A stretch of 63,434 bases of DNA, the filler included, from Reticulomyxa filosa (lineage: Eukaryota > Protista > Foraminifera), in the NCBI GenBank assembly GCA_000512085.1. It is 16 parts of 16 records of this genome, joined end to end, with 100 filler letters (N's around TTAATTAATTAA, not from the genome) between each part and the next. Parts side by side here need not be neighbours in the genome. Positions count along the whole stretch, not along the records: positions 9,832 to 20,582 come from ASPP01007881.1; positions 20,683 to 22,542 come from ASPP01036745.1; positions 22,643 to 23,807 come from ASPP01020853.1; positions 23,908 to 27,335 come from ASPP01009962.1; 12 more parts are not named here. One strand, given 5' to 3'. The position numbers and the translations under genes were made by a program. Of the stretch, positions 11,193-23,963 are shown piece after piece. A model generated the notes under the pieces. The model was not told the origin of the DNA. It worked only from the letters and a program-made list of their open reading frames with translations, and did no database searches. The first letter of the stretch is position 1, and every line of letters begins with the position of its first letter.

Positions 11193-12458
11193 ATGATGAG
11201 TGAATCCGCTAGAGATAGTACGTGCCATGAGACAGATACAGACTGGGCAATGGCAGATTTTTTCCAAACAACAGCACTGGAGCTTTCAAATGACGACATA
11301 AATTGTGCAATTGTGCAAGACAAAATTGATAATAGTTTCGACAAATTTGAAGAAGCATATCAAGATGGAGCCTCAAAAGCAAGCTCCAAACTTCGATCGT
11401 TTAATTTGTTTAGCGATGCGGAAGGATTGCAAGCGCCGTCAAACAACTTTTACAGACTAAACAATTCATTGGATCTATTTTTGACAAAAGAGAGCATTAA
11501 TCCAGAAATCATTGATAAACAATGGAAAAACTCCTTAAGAGAAATTTGTGATCCTATTCACCATCCAACATCACCACCAAGACACAAATTACCAAAGACT
11601 TCTCGTCTGGGCTCTCAATCAAAAATGTGACTCTTCAACTTTGAATAAGTTTTTTTGTTTTACTTTTTGAAATTAAAAAACAACAACACTACAGTAATGG
11701 AATGATCGCTAGTCAAAGACTCCATGACAACGCATATGAAAGAGAACGGAAATTGCGTCTCAAGCAAGAACAAGCCCGAAGGGAACAAGAACAAAAACAC
11801 CAAACAATGCAACAAATACATCGACGAATTCAAACGAAATTTAAATCTATGCATGAGTCAATAAGAGCACATTCGGTATCTTCAGTTTTTGATAAGTTGT
11901 ATCGACAACATGAAGTGCAACAAAACAAGCTGGCTCGACTGAGACAAAAACAGGAATCATCTTACGACAATCAATCCCATTTGACAAAAATACACAAAAA
12001 GAAGAAGCGCTCACCGATATTATTTAGTAACAAAAGTAATCATAAACTACCTACTGTAGAGGTTCGATTGCAGCAGTGGGACCAACAAAAGCAAATCAAA
12101 TTACAACATGCAAGAGAAAAACACCTGCAAGAGTCATGCACGTTTCAACCTCAAACCAATCGAAGCACATCTAGTTCGCAATTGACCTACCATATGGACC
12201 CACACTCTAAAGTGCGTTGACTTTTTTCCCTCTCCTTTGAAAATTAATCTTCATGTTAATTTGAACCGATTTTTATAGGAAAATTTATATGACCGACTGT
12301 TTAGCTGCCATGAGATTATCCAAAACAAGCTAGAAAGACAACGACAAGAACTGGAGTGTGAGTTCACATTCCGCCCTAATATTCAATTGTCTCAGATTAT
12401 TGTACCTGCACAAAGTTACGAAAAACAAATTGAAAGACATCAACGACATTTTTCATAG
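11193..12458 (+). CDS. Coiled-coil hypothetical protein with repeated RL(H/Y/F) and (C/F)TFxP motifs, about 3 exons
   Basis: ORFs 11193-11630 and 11702-12220 plus a last exon from ~12279 (ENLYDRLF...ECEFTFRPNI...*) are joined by GT-AG introns. Motifs RLHD, FDKLY, YDRLF, CTFQP and FTFRP recur. Confidence 0.6.
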
Positions 12459-13699
12459 CTGCAATTCCAAATTTTTGATACTCAAAACTACTTGGTGTCA
12501 ATGTTTTGAGCATTTTAACACGTCTACTTCGAATTACATGTTTTGTTTAATTTTACACTAAAAATTGAAATATGACCGTTCGAAATTCTCTTTAAATTAG
12601 GTCAAACAGTAAGAATTACTAAGATACAAAAAAATGTATACATATTTCAAATAAGTAGTAACTTTTCAAAAAGAAAAATTCGAACAAATAAAATTAAATA
12701 TAAAACAAAAAGAGAATATGCTTTAGAACAAACAATTCATAATATGGCAATTTCTACAATACATTCTTTAAATAAAGATAATACATATTTGTTCAAGTAA
12801 CGATATGAAGTTAGTGTTAATTGGTATTGATACCAAAAAGAAGATTTGATGATCCATTTTTGGACAATAGTGTATTGATTATTTCATCATTGGTAGTGCT
12901 GTTGGTTTATATCATTCAAATTGTACAAATTTTTACATAATCGATGCTCTTTTCAATGGAATATTAAATATCCCTAGTGTATTCGCAATACAATTTCCAC
13001 AAAATTATAAAATATTATACCACATTAAAAGGTAGAACATTTAAATTGTATACAAAACAGTTAAAATTATGTTGCAGAAAAAACTGACCTTAACAATTAT
13101 TAAAATTTTCAAAGAACTATACAGCTATTTTAGCACAAATTTCATTTTAAAAAATTACAATGCAAATTTCGATCTCCGAAAAGCAACAAAAATCAACTTT
13201 AAATTGCAATCGCACTAAAAAGCAATAAAATTCAAAATTTAAAAAATTTTGTTGTATTTAAAAAAATATGCTTAAGCGTTGCTTTTTGACGAAATCAGTT
13301 ATCATAAAGTGGTGTTTTGCGCCAGCTTTTTAAAAATCCTACATTTCATATCAAAAAAATGTTCAGCATGTTCATACTTATAAATTGAAACGAGATATTA
13401 TTTATGCTGACTTTCAGTTTGAACTTTATCAAAGCCTCTTTTCTGTTAAAAAGATTCAAATTTACTCATTTTGAATGAAAGTTTTGATTTTTTTACAATC
13501 TCTCACATAATTATACCACATGTCTCTTTAAAATGGGAACTACAACAAGTAATGTTACAATGAAAAGTAAGACTTCATGGCAAGACATTTCCTGTAAAAG
13601 TTTATTAATATTTGTTTTTATTTACAAAATACATAATTTTAACAAATTATCTTTTAAGAAAACACATTCAGACTAATTTTGTTTAAAAAATTGACTTCG

Positions 13700-14130
13700 A
13701 TACTTGTTTATTCGAAAGGATGGACCAATTATCTGGTAAAAGCATCACGTGATATGTTGTATATATCTATTTTATGCTATCAATATTTTCACCAGTGGTA
13801 AAAATGGGAAATGATCTCAAAGTGAAATAAAATACATCCCAAAGGCATTCCTATTATGTGATAAATTCTAAACTGTAACCAAATTGAAATATTTGCATAT
13901 AGTTCATAAGACAAAGCTTAATGTGAATTCTGGAGAAAAATTTCAAGAATTGAAAATGCATTTAATCTATAATTGGATTACAATTTTCTCCAGATGGTAT
14001 TCTATTCAACATGTTCAAAGATAAACAAGTCGAATACGTGATATGTAAAATCATGGTCAACAATACATATATTCGAAGGACATGTTATTGAAAATAGAAG
14101 CTCACCAGATGTCAACGATCTTCTATTGAC
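13700..14130 (+). pseudogene. Heavily eroded WD40-repeat relic
   Basis: Fragments NVNSGEKFQELK, QFSPDG (13981), IRD..K...IHIFEGH and SPD match the WD40 consensus (DVxSG...L.GH...FSPDG), but stops and frameshifts are frequent. Confidence 0.5.
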
Positions 14131-14528
14131 TGAACGCTACTTATGAAAATGACATAAAAATATATATAATGATTTTTTCATTGAAATAAACGTTAAGTTG
14201 TTTTATTTAACTAATTGAATTGTTTAATTTTTTAAACATACTCAAAATCAGAGGACTAAAAAGATTACATATCAATTTGGGTTAAGTTGCTTCTGGAGTA
14301 GACCAAACTTACAATTAACAAACGTATAAAGTGGATATAAAAAAAGACAATTTATATTGATCAAAGATTTTTAAAAAATAAATGTTCGTTAAAGTAAAAA
14401 ACAAAAGAGAAAGGGTAGCAAACTTTTTTAAAAACCGTCCTGGAACTAAAAGGAAATCTCAAATCGATTTTTTTTTTCTTACATTGGAGCCCTTAAGCAA
14501 AGCGAAAAACGATTAAAATCAAAAGATA

Positions 14529-15739
14529 ATGCCTTTTTTGAAAAAAATTTTGGCACTTGCTCCACAAAAACGTCAGACAGGATTGACAGCTCTGTCTCAA
14601 AAAGCTTTGGATTTCAAGAAACGTTGGGACAGTGATTGGATAAAAGCAAATGTGCAAGCAGCAACAATGGTTGAACAAATGATGAAAAGTGATGATCATG
14701 GATTGATTGTAGTGGCCAAAAATGGACTTCAATTGCAGAATACAATTAGGCCAAATGTAGTTCAAGCCAATACGGATGTTTCATTTCTCACGCTGGTCAA
14801 CAACGAGAAAGCTGAAAAAAAGAAATTTGGGGAATATTGGTTGTTTGTGATAAAAAGCAATATGATAATATTGGATGAAGTGACTATTGATGGAAATGTA
14901 TATGCAATCGATTGTGAAACTGAATGCCAAAAAGGGGTAAATATTACAACACAATTTTTTATTGCAAAACATGCCATTGTCAATCAAAGGTTGAGTCAAT
15001 GCATTTCAACAATTCAATGGAACACACGCTTACATCATGACATTCCAGTACAAATTCAGATTCTCCAAGACAAAGCAGAGCAGTGTTCAGAAATACAAGA
15101 ATTTGACGATGCAATCGCTCATTTACAAATTGCATTGCGACTTTCAACTGAAACGTTTGGACCTAATCATCCTTATGTTGCTGATTCATACCACAAAATA
15201 GGTAATGTCAATCTTGATAAACAACTATATGATGATGCTATTACATTTTATATGAAATCATTGAAAATCAGATTGGATATTTTTGAAATCAATCATTCCC
15301 GAATTTCTGATTCGTATAACAATTTAGGAGCTGTCTATTATAAAAAAAAGACTATGACAAGGCTATCAGTTTTTATAAAAAATCATTGCAAATCAGATTA
15401 GATATTTTTGGAAACAATCACGTTGATGTTGCTAATTCATATTACAATTTAGGTCTTGCCTATGATGAGAAAGGAGAATATGAAGAAGCAACTGAATGCC
15501 ATGAAAAAGAATTGGAAATAAACAAAAATACATTTGGGAATATAAGTAAAGCTGTTGCTGATTCAAATGCAAATTTGGCATTGATATTAGAAAAACGAGG
15601 GGAGAGTGAAGCTGCATGCAAAATTTATGAAAAAACATGGAAGATATTCAGTGTGGTTTTGGGAGAATGGCATGAAGAAACAATGTATGCCAAACAAAAG
15701 GTGGAAATCTTGAGTATACTAATTTTAAGCAAAAATTAG
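14529..15739 (+). CDS. TPR-array protein, paralog of 6414-9007 lacking the caspase-like domain; one frameshift in an A-run
   Basis: Shares LDFKK.W...W...N..A...V.QM, F.EYWL.VIK...I.LD.V.IDGNVYA.DCE, IQWNT..HHDIPVQ and the terminal LGEWHE.T. A8 at 15342-15349 needs A9 to read YYKKKDYDKAISFYKKSLQIRLDIFG. Confidence 0.85.
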
Positions 15740-16163
15740 AAATTTGCATTGCCACTGATATTGCAATGTCAGGAATTGACTACTGATTTTTTTTGTAAAC
15801 TATCATGATCGTTTTTTCCAACAATTCCGAGTTTGGTGTGGGCATGTTTCATTTATTGTTGTCAATGTTTTACTTTTTTCCTGGTTTTTACAATAATAAA
15901 AAAAATCGTCTTTAATTGGTTCTGAAAGAAGGAAAAAAGTTAGTGTTAAGTGTCAGCACAAAATTAAAAGAGTGTTGGTCAAGACAATAAATCCACCAAA
16001 CGAAATTCATTATCTTTAATTTGTAAAAATACAAATAACTGTGTAGTTATGGTTTGTTTCGACATTTTAGTTGTTTTGGTCTTTAAAAAAAAAACCGAAG
16101 GTAGTATGAGAGGGTTGAGTGAGCCTCATTTTTTATTATTATTTCCTGATTAACAGTTAAAAA

Positions 16164-16848
16164 ATGACTCTTCCAGGAACAAAATTATGGGAAAGAAGCA
16201 AGGATGTAACTGGCCCTGATGTTTATTTTGATGCGGTCAGCCGCAAAAACGACGTGTGGAACTACTTGTGCCGTGTTGAACCAGGCTATTATAACCCAAC
16301 AGCAATGCAAGCAATGGTAATCGGGTGTGGTATGTTCCATGGATATTGGTTTCAGCAAATATTATACCAGTGGACCCCTTCAATGTCCAGACTAAGCCGA
16401 AGTTAAAATCACTGACAACGTATCAGATCAAGAAAGAAAACAGGGTATTTAAAACCATTTTGTTTTAATTTTCTGGAAACTATGAACAAGCGCTTGTAAT
16501 AGAAGAACAAAAAGAAGACTCTTTTAACTTGTTTTTTAGAATTATAGCTTTATTTATTATTTTTTTAATGTCATAACAAATGAAAATAGCCCCCTTTTTT
16601 GCCTTGCCGACGGCATATGTGTGGTGGAAATGTGAGAGAACGTTAGCAGAAAAATACGATGCTGCAAAAAGAGATAAGCACATTCTACAGGAATTGCTGT
16701 TCGAGGCGGCTAATTCGTATGTTTTACTTTATTTTTCTTGCTAAACCGACGAAAGATCATTTGTGCCTTATTTTATCTTTTTAATACACTCCTGCATAGG
16801 GCTCGCTATGAGGCTTGGCAAAAAACAAGCCGAAGGCATTTTTGGTGA
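16164..16848 (+). CDS. Small hypothetical protein (~130 aa, 3 exons, possibly membrane-associated)
   Basis: Exon 1 from ATG 16164; exon 2 PFFALPTAYVWWKCER...EAANS; intron 16717-16799; exon 3 ARYEAWQKTSRRHFW*. Confidence 0.55.
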
Positions 16849-17474
16849 TAATCCGTAATCTCCTTATGAATTCAATTTTGGGGAACTTTCTTCATTTTTT
16901 TTAAAAAATAAGCCAATTGGTTTTATTTGACGTAATAGTGCCCATCATCTGAACAACTTCTTTGAATAGGTTGTAGGGAGGAAAAAATTTGTGCATATTT
17001 TTTTTCCTACCATTTGATCAACTGTCTCCGTTGAAAATTAACGATAAGCAATTTTTTCACACACCCTCTTCTTTCATCTTCAAATTTACTTTATTTCTTG
17101 ATACAGTGTACCTCTTTAGTTTTTTAGAACTTTTTCGGGTGGCCCCTACAGTAAAATTTCGTAGTTTCGCTCAAAGAATTAAAATTGGTAATGATGCATA
17201 ATTTATTTTAAAAATAGTTGTAATGGTTGACCAACCATTTTTATTTGAACAATGCTGAGGATAACGCCTGATTTTCACAAAAAAATAACATTTGTGGAAT
17301 TTGGCACTTGGAAAAAAAAAATACGGGAAAAAACAATTCCGTATTGCAAGATTTTAATTAATTAATGAAAAATCACAAAGTAGATCAAAAGTTGTTTTTT
17401 TGAAAACTTACTAAAAATACGTATGATCAGAGAATACAGACATTTCCATTAAATGGCTTGTGAAAAACGATCCT

Positions 17475-20400
17475 TTATTTTCCAGTTGACATGAAAGACA
17501 AATCCATAACATCGTCAAAGATATTGGCAGTGTTACTTTTTCCGCTTGTTGCTGTCTTTGGGGGTTCAGCTTGTTGAGCAGGGGCTGGCTCTGGCTTGTT
17601 TTCGTTATGAAAGAAAGCCATAAAAGATTCTGAAGTTTGTTCTTGGACTTGATCACCACTCTATTTTTCATCCAAAAACATAAACGAGTTACCCAGCCAT
17701 GTTATATATACTTTTTGACAATTTGTGAGGTTTTTGAAAAAAAAACAAAGAGAAACACTAAACGAGAAAGTCCAATAAATCAGGAGGTTCTTGAGTTTTC
17801 TTGGCCACTTCAGTTTTTTTGTTCTTCTCTTTGTTCTTGGTGAAGTTATTTTTATCTTTTTTGGATTTGCTTCCTTTTGAGGTTTCAGTTTCATCATTGT
17901 TATTATCGTTTCCACTTTTTGTTTTGCCTTGTCTTTTTTTTGATCTTACACCTTGTCTTTTCGATACATTCCTTTCGTCGTCGCTCATCTCTCGAGAAGA
18001 TTCCTTGTCTTCTTCCTCTGCTTCCGCAAGTTTTCCTAATTGCGTTTTTTGTTGCCCTTTTTCTTCTTCTTTTTTATTAACATTCACCAGCACTATATCA
18101 TCCAATTCGTCACTGGACGATGCTTCCGCTTGTCTCTTGCCCCTTCTACTTCCAACATCATCTCTTTCATCATCGCTGCTATAGTCCTCCGATCGCACAC
18201 CTTTGGAGCTGGTTTTGGAGTCTTTACTCTTCATAGGCTCTATTTTTTGAGTTTGTTTTGCCGCCGCTGTTGTCTGTGCTTCTTTTTTAATACTTCCAGT
18301 ACTTTTTGATACTTCATTATTTTTTGTCGCAGTGTTGCTGATAAGTTCCGGTTCCTCACTCTCGGTGTCGGTTTCCTCTTCTTCATCATCTTTTTCTTCA
18401 TCGTCCTCTTCCTCTTCCTCGTCCTCTTCCTCTTCTTCGTTTTCGTCTCTATCCTTTTTTACGTCGCTATCAGTATTGTCAGCATTACTGGCACTTGAAT
18501 CCTCGACATCTTCTTCGTATATCTCACTACTGCTTTCATAGAACTCCACGGGACTTTTGCTACTGCTTTCCGGTTCCACATCAGGAGTTTTAGATGAGGC
18601 ATCTTCAGGTATGCCGTTTGGAGGATTTCGTTTTTCGTGATTATCTGGAGGGATTTTTGGAAAATCTTCCAATGGATCGTAACCGTCACCCGTGTTGTGG
18701 ATGACCATGTGTGACAATGTACCCATCACAAAGCGATCGCGATCCACAAATGGCGACAACACCATTGGGATTTGCTTCGGCGCCAAAAACATTTCTTGCA
18801 TTGTCATGCGAAGCTTTCGTCCAATCTCGCTATTGGCATCGCCTACTGTCACTTTTTCACTCTCATCACTGTCCTTGTCTTTCTTCTTTTGAAAGAATAT
18901 CGCACGTACCAATCGAGCCCCTTTTTTTTTTGTTGTGTTTATTCTTTTGTTGTGGGGAAAAAAAATGTTATATGCATATGCGTGTATATTCTTATTTAAA
19001 ATTTTTTATTGGATAAATACATTGAAGATGTTAAAAAAAAGTAAAAACAAAACAAAAAAAAAAAACAGCAAACAAATAGAAAAACATAGGCACAGTACGG
19101 TCTCGCAAGTCATAATTCATATCATACTTGCAAATGTCCAATATATACTTGAAGAGTTTGTTTACTTGCTGTGGATTGGACAAATATACTTTGACGGCCA
19201 GATTTAATATTTGCATTTTGACATCATCCGACTATTCGAAGATGACATCAATACATTAATGATTTGTTGTTGTCGCTATTTGCTGTGATGGACTTATGAG
19301 GGAGTGTGTACATATGTAGATGTACACACATATTTTTATGTTTATTTTTTTGCAAAACAAAAAAGTAACTTCTCGAATAAAAGTTTTGGCTAATATTCTC
19401 AATGCATCAGGCGCATATTGAACAATGTATTGTCGGTACTCGCCAATAATCCACACAATTGCACAGCGGGCTTCTGGGACATTGGTTTTGTTCAACAAAT
19501 GAAGTAAGCTTATCATTCTGTGGGAATACTTGGACGGATCCCTTTGAATGATCTGTCTGATGACAACAACGGAAGCGGCTACGACTTCAGAGCAATCAGT
19601 TTGAACCATTTTCTAATCAAAGAATAAGTGAGTAAATAAGAGTCCCACACAATGCAACAACTTTTTAAAAAAACTCAACATAGACAAGTCATTAAGCCAA
19701 ACATTGAACACATATGGAGATTATAACCGCACCATCAAAGAGCTCATTGTTTGATCTGCGACTTCAGGAATGGAAGAAGCACATCTACCCATAGCCTAAG
19801 GAAAGTGAAGGATTACCAATCAATATTTACAAACTTTTTCTTTCAAAACAAAACAAAACAAATAAAATAAAATAAAATAAAACAAAACATCAATGGTGGC
19901 ACAACGGAATTTGATATCAGTATCGCGAACGTACGCTTGAAATTCGTTCAAAATACTAGTAATGTTGCTTTCGTTGGCGATTTTGCTAAGAATGTCCAGC
20001 TTCAATTCTTTGATGAACACAGGCTCGATACCGCGAATGAAAAATTCTTTGTAAAAAGAACTAAAGAGATTTCCTCGTTTGGCGCACATTGTTGCGATAT
20101 TTGCCAACAGACAGTAGGAGACTTCTCGTCGGTCATTGAGATGTTCAATCAATGCACGTACAGCCAAGTGGCAATCATCTGCGGGCGCACAGTAATACAT
20201 TAACCGCATAACACCCAAAGCGACAGCTGCATCCATCGAGTGCACCAAGTTGTTCGCGCAAGTGATGAGCAAACGATGATCGGGATCCAGTTCGTTGGGC
20301 TCTTTGTCTTGGCGTTTCTCATCGTCATCACCTTCGAATACGGTTTCTTTTTTGGTTGAAAAAAAGTGTTTCGCACCGTCGTCGTCATCCTCCTTATCGC

Positions 20401-20523
20401 TATGCTTGTCCCCTCCATTCTCGCCCTTGTCCTTGGTCTTGTCATCGCCATCTGTCGTTTTTCCCGCTGTTTTGTCCTTTTCCTCGTCTTTCTCGTTGCC
20501 ATTTGCAGTGATTGATTCATCAT
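17475..20523 (-). CDS. AP3B: AP-3 complex beta subunit (beta3-adaptin), 5'-partial, multi-exon
   Basis: Motifs LDPDHRLLI, VVAASVVVIRQIIQ, ARCAIVWIIGEY..APDALRILAKTF, VKMQILNLAVK, YDMNYDLRDR and GTLSHMV...GYDPLEDFP, followed by the acidic Ser/Glu hinge typical of beta3. Confidence 0.92.
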
Positions 20524-20548
20524 CCTATTTTTTTTTTAAAGATTTATT

Positions 20549-20582
<34 letters not shown>

Positions 20583-20682
20583 NNNNNNNNNNNNNNNNNN
20601 NNNNNNNNNNNNNNNNNNNNNNNNNNTTAATTAATTAANNNNNNNNNNNNNNNNNNNNNNNNNNNNNNNNNNNNNNNNNNNN

Positions 20683-22542
20683 AATAATAATAATAATAAT
20701 AAGTCAATCGCAACAAAGTTACAAGCGATGATGACACAAAAGCAATTGCGAATACTTCAAGAAATGATCTATGGAAAGATGATCCAACCTGCAGATGAAG
20801 TGGAAAAATATCGGCATTTGCTATGGTATAATTTGTTCAGTATACCAATCGCACATCCCAAGATGAATGACCATGTAGCACAAATGCGATCGCAAATGAA
20901 ATCGCTAGTCAAAAGAGATCGCATATTTGAATTTGCGGAAATGGAGCTACAGTTTGTTGCGGCTCTCAACAGACCACTGCCAGCAGAGGAGTTGTATTTG
21001 TCACAGATATTAGACAACCGCAGCGTTGAGCTAGCTCAGATACATGTTTGGCTCGTTGAATGTTTTGTGTTATATATACATATAATATATATATATATAT
21101 ATATATGTACATATATATACTTTTTTTTTCCAATTGCATCTGCATTGCACTTGGATATGCATTCATTCCAAACACACACACACACATACAAATAGTATTC
21201 CAAATGATGAAAAAGTATATGTCGAATTTCTCAGAAAAAGCAGTGGCTCTGTTTGAAAAGTTTAGGGTTGAATTTCTATTATTATCCCGACAGCTCGACG
21301 ACGAGTCCAAACTTGCATTAGTCACACAGCTTCTGGAATGGACAAAAGACGATCCGAAATCAAGTGAGAAAATGGCCAAATTTCTCAATGAATACATTAT
21401 AATCAGAATAATCGACAATGCAAACAGTACAAAGGACTCTGATCTCCTCTTCAAACTCTCACAAATTATGCCTTCCTTTTCCAGTAACAATGTATTCAAA
21501 ATGTTGATGCGTGCATTTTTCGTAAATGAGATCCGATTCTTACCTTTCTTCATTCATGCCATCAAGGTCTGTTACATGTTGTTATTTTTTTATCGCCATT
21601 TTTCATTTTGCGCTTGTTTTGGGTATTAGAGTGAATCATCTCTAGAAACAAAACAAGAATATTGGAGTGCCTTATTTTCAAGTTGGCTACGACTTGAAAA
21701 CGGTTTCTCCGAGTGTGTAAAGCGTATTGTCGACAACGATTTGGATTGGGATACGTTTGTGTCGATTTGTGGCCGGATAAGCACTGAGAAGCTGTTTAAG
21801 CAATGGCAAGCTTCCTTTACAGACAAATTGCACATGCTGTCCATTCCATCCATGCCTATGACATGTTACTCTTTTTGTTTCCATTTACCATCTACATGTT
21901 TATACATACGTTGTGTTTTTGTTTTCAAATACATCAGTGAAAAAACAAATAATCCGATCAATAACGCAAACATGGACGGCAAAGTATTGCCAAAAAAAAG
22001 AGACAACAGGATTGGATGCAGCAGAACGCAGTGAATGCATCAAGATGGTGCGAATATGGATCGATGTCGAGTCTCAGCACAAACTCGTCAATGCGTTGAT
22101 AGAGCAATTATTGGATGATTTCGATGCATTCCATCAAAGGGACTCCAACGAAATTATGAACTTTGTGTCATCTGAGGAAGGTTTGGAATTATTTCAGTTA
22201 ACTTTATTATTATTCTATCAATTAACTATTTTAACATATACAAATATATACATATATTTTTTTTTAACAGTTTTTTGCAGCAAATCAGTCAAAAAATAAA
22301 AGTGAGCGTATTTGACTACTTTTGTCATTGGTTTGAAAAACTATGTGAGAATGTCGCGACATCCAATGTAAGTGTGGCCACCATGGACATGTTGCTAACC
22401 AATGCCAGATTAGAAAAGTTATTGAAATTGTGGGAAGGGATGGCCATTCGTAACGCTACAATTGATATCAACACAGTGAGGGATTTGGCCAAGAAATACG
22501 AGCAAGTCAAAACCAATCGTGAACTCTTGGAAACATTTTTTA
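20683..22542 (+). CDS. Internal fragment of a large alpha-helical hypothetical protein, multi-exon
   Basis: Successive long open frames are separated by TA/T-rich GT-AG introns and run into both spacers; no motif recognised. Confidence 0.55.
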
Positions 22543-22642
22543 NNNNNNNNNNNNNNNNNNNNNNNNNNNNNNNNNNNNNNNNNNNNTTAATTAATTAANN
22601 NNNNNNNNNNNNNNNNNNNNNNNNNNNNNNNNNNNNNNNNNN

Positions 22643-22680
<38 letters not shown>

Positions 22681-22700
22681 TATGTAGTAAAAAAACAAAC

Positions 22701-23690
22701 CTGTGATATCACCGCTCCAAATAGCACCCCCGGTCACTTGTTGACCTGCAAAACTCGATCTCGTCAAGTGGAACACGCGCTTGCTCGGCTGATCAATGTG
22801 CAATTGATTGGTCAACGCACGCGTCACATACAGCGAGTATGTGTTGGCTAGCTGTCGTCCGGTTGTTTGAGACATGTTCAGTGTTTGATTGATTTGAGGA
22901 TATGCTTTGCAATATTTTTTTTTTTTTTGTAATACAAGTTATTATCTCATCATTGGAAATACATACATATGTACATATAAATTTTTTTTTTTTTTTTTTT
23001 TGAAAAGAGAAAGAGAAAGGGGGGACGACACACACACACACACAAAGAGGAATATAAAAGTAAAAAGAAACTTTCAGGTTCGGTGGCGTCCAACCAAATG
23101 GCGTCCACGCCAATGGCATACATCGACGTGTTTACAAAGTCATAGAACTGTGCTGCAGCGTTGAGATTGTATGGATCAAAGCTATCCTCCCCGCCCCCCC
23201 CAAAAAAAAAAAAATTCGACATTTGTGCAAACTCCAAACAAAATAAAATAAAATAATACTTGAGTTGGCCTGGGATCAACTCGCTGTTGTTGTGCATAAT
23301 CTTATAAAACGAAGTTGTATTTTGGAATTTGGACCACACCGACACCATGATTTTGAAGTTCATTGCGTGCAACTCGGTGACCATATCTTGCGGTCTGGGA
23401 TAGATGGACGGATCCCATTGTGGGCCCCAGCCCAGGTTTCCCCAGTAGTGCCAATCTTTCCCCATTTGTGTCACAGTCGCACATATACATATATATATAT
23501 ATATATAAATAAGTATATATATAAATATGTAAATGTATATATGTACATATATGTGTGTGTGTGTTATTGTCAAGCCCAATTTTTTTTTTTTTTAAAAAAA
23601 AAAGACAAAGATAATAGTTCAGTTCACCTTGAACAATGACATCAACAGGCAATTGTTTCTCCCGGAATTTCGAAGCACTTTCTATACAGT
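22701..23690 (-). CDS. Glycoside hydrolase family 31 (alpha-xylosidase/glucosidase-like), internal fragment
   Basis: PVDVIVQ|DWHYW, YPRPQDMVTELH..NFKIMVSVW, catalytic nucleophile motif WLDATEPE, and TRSSFAGQQ..G..IWSGDI containing the acid/base Asp. Confidence 0.93.
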
Positions 23691-23907
23691 TGCATTATGG
23701 CAATAACAATCACAACAGCAATCGCATTGAATTAAAAAAAAAAAAAAAAAAAAAACCGTCGGGTTATTACAAACAAATTTTTTTTTTGGTTTAAAAAAAA
23801 AAAAAAANNNNNNNNNNNNNNNNNNNNNNNNNNNNNNNNNNNNNNNNNNNNTTAATTAATTAANNNNNNNNNNNNNNNNNNNNNNNNNNNNNNNNNNNNN
23901 NNNNNNN

Positions 23908-23946
<39 letters not shown>

Positions 23947-23963
23947 AATATAACAAATGTAGG

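Noticed and set aside
20683-22542. Assignment of this helical fragment to a giant AAA/E3 (RNF213-like) family
   Set aside because: No Walker, RING or other diagnostic motif is visible; left as hypothetical.
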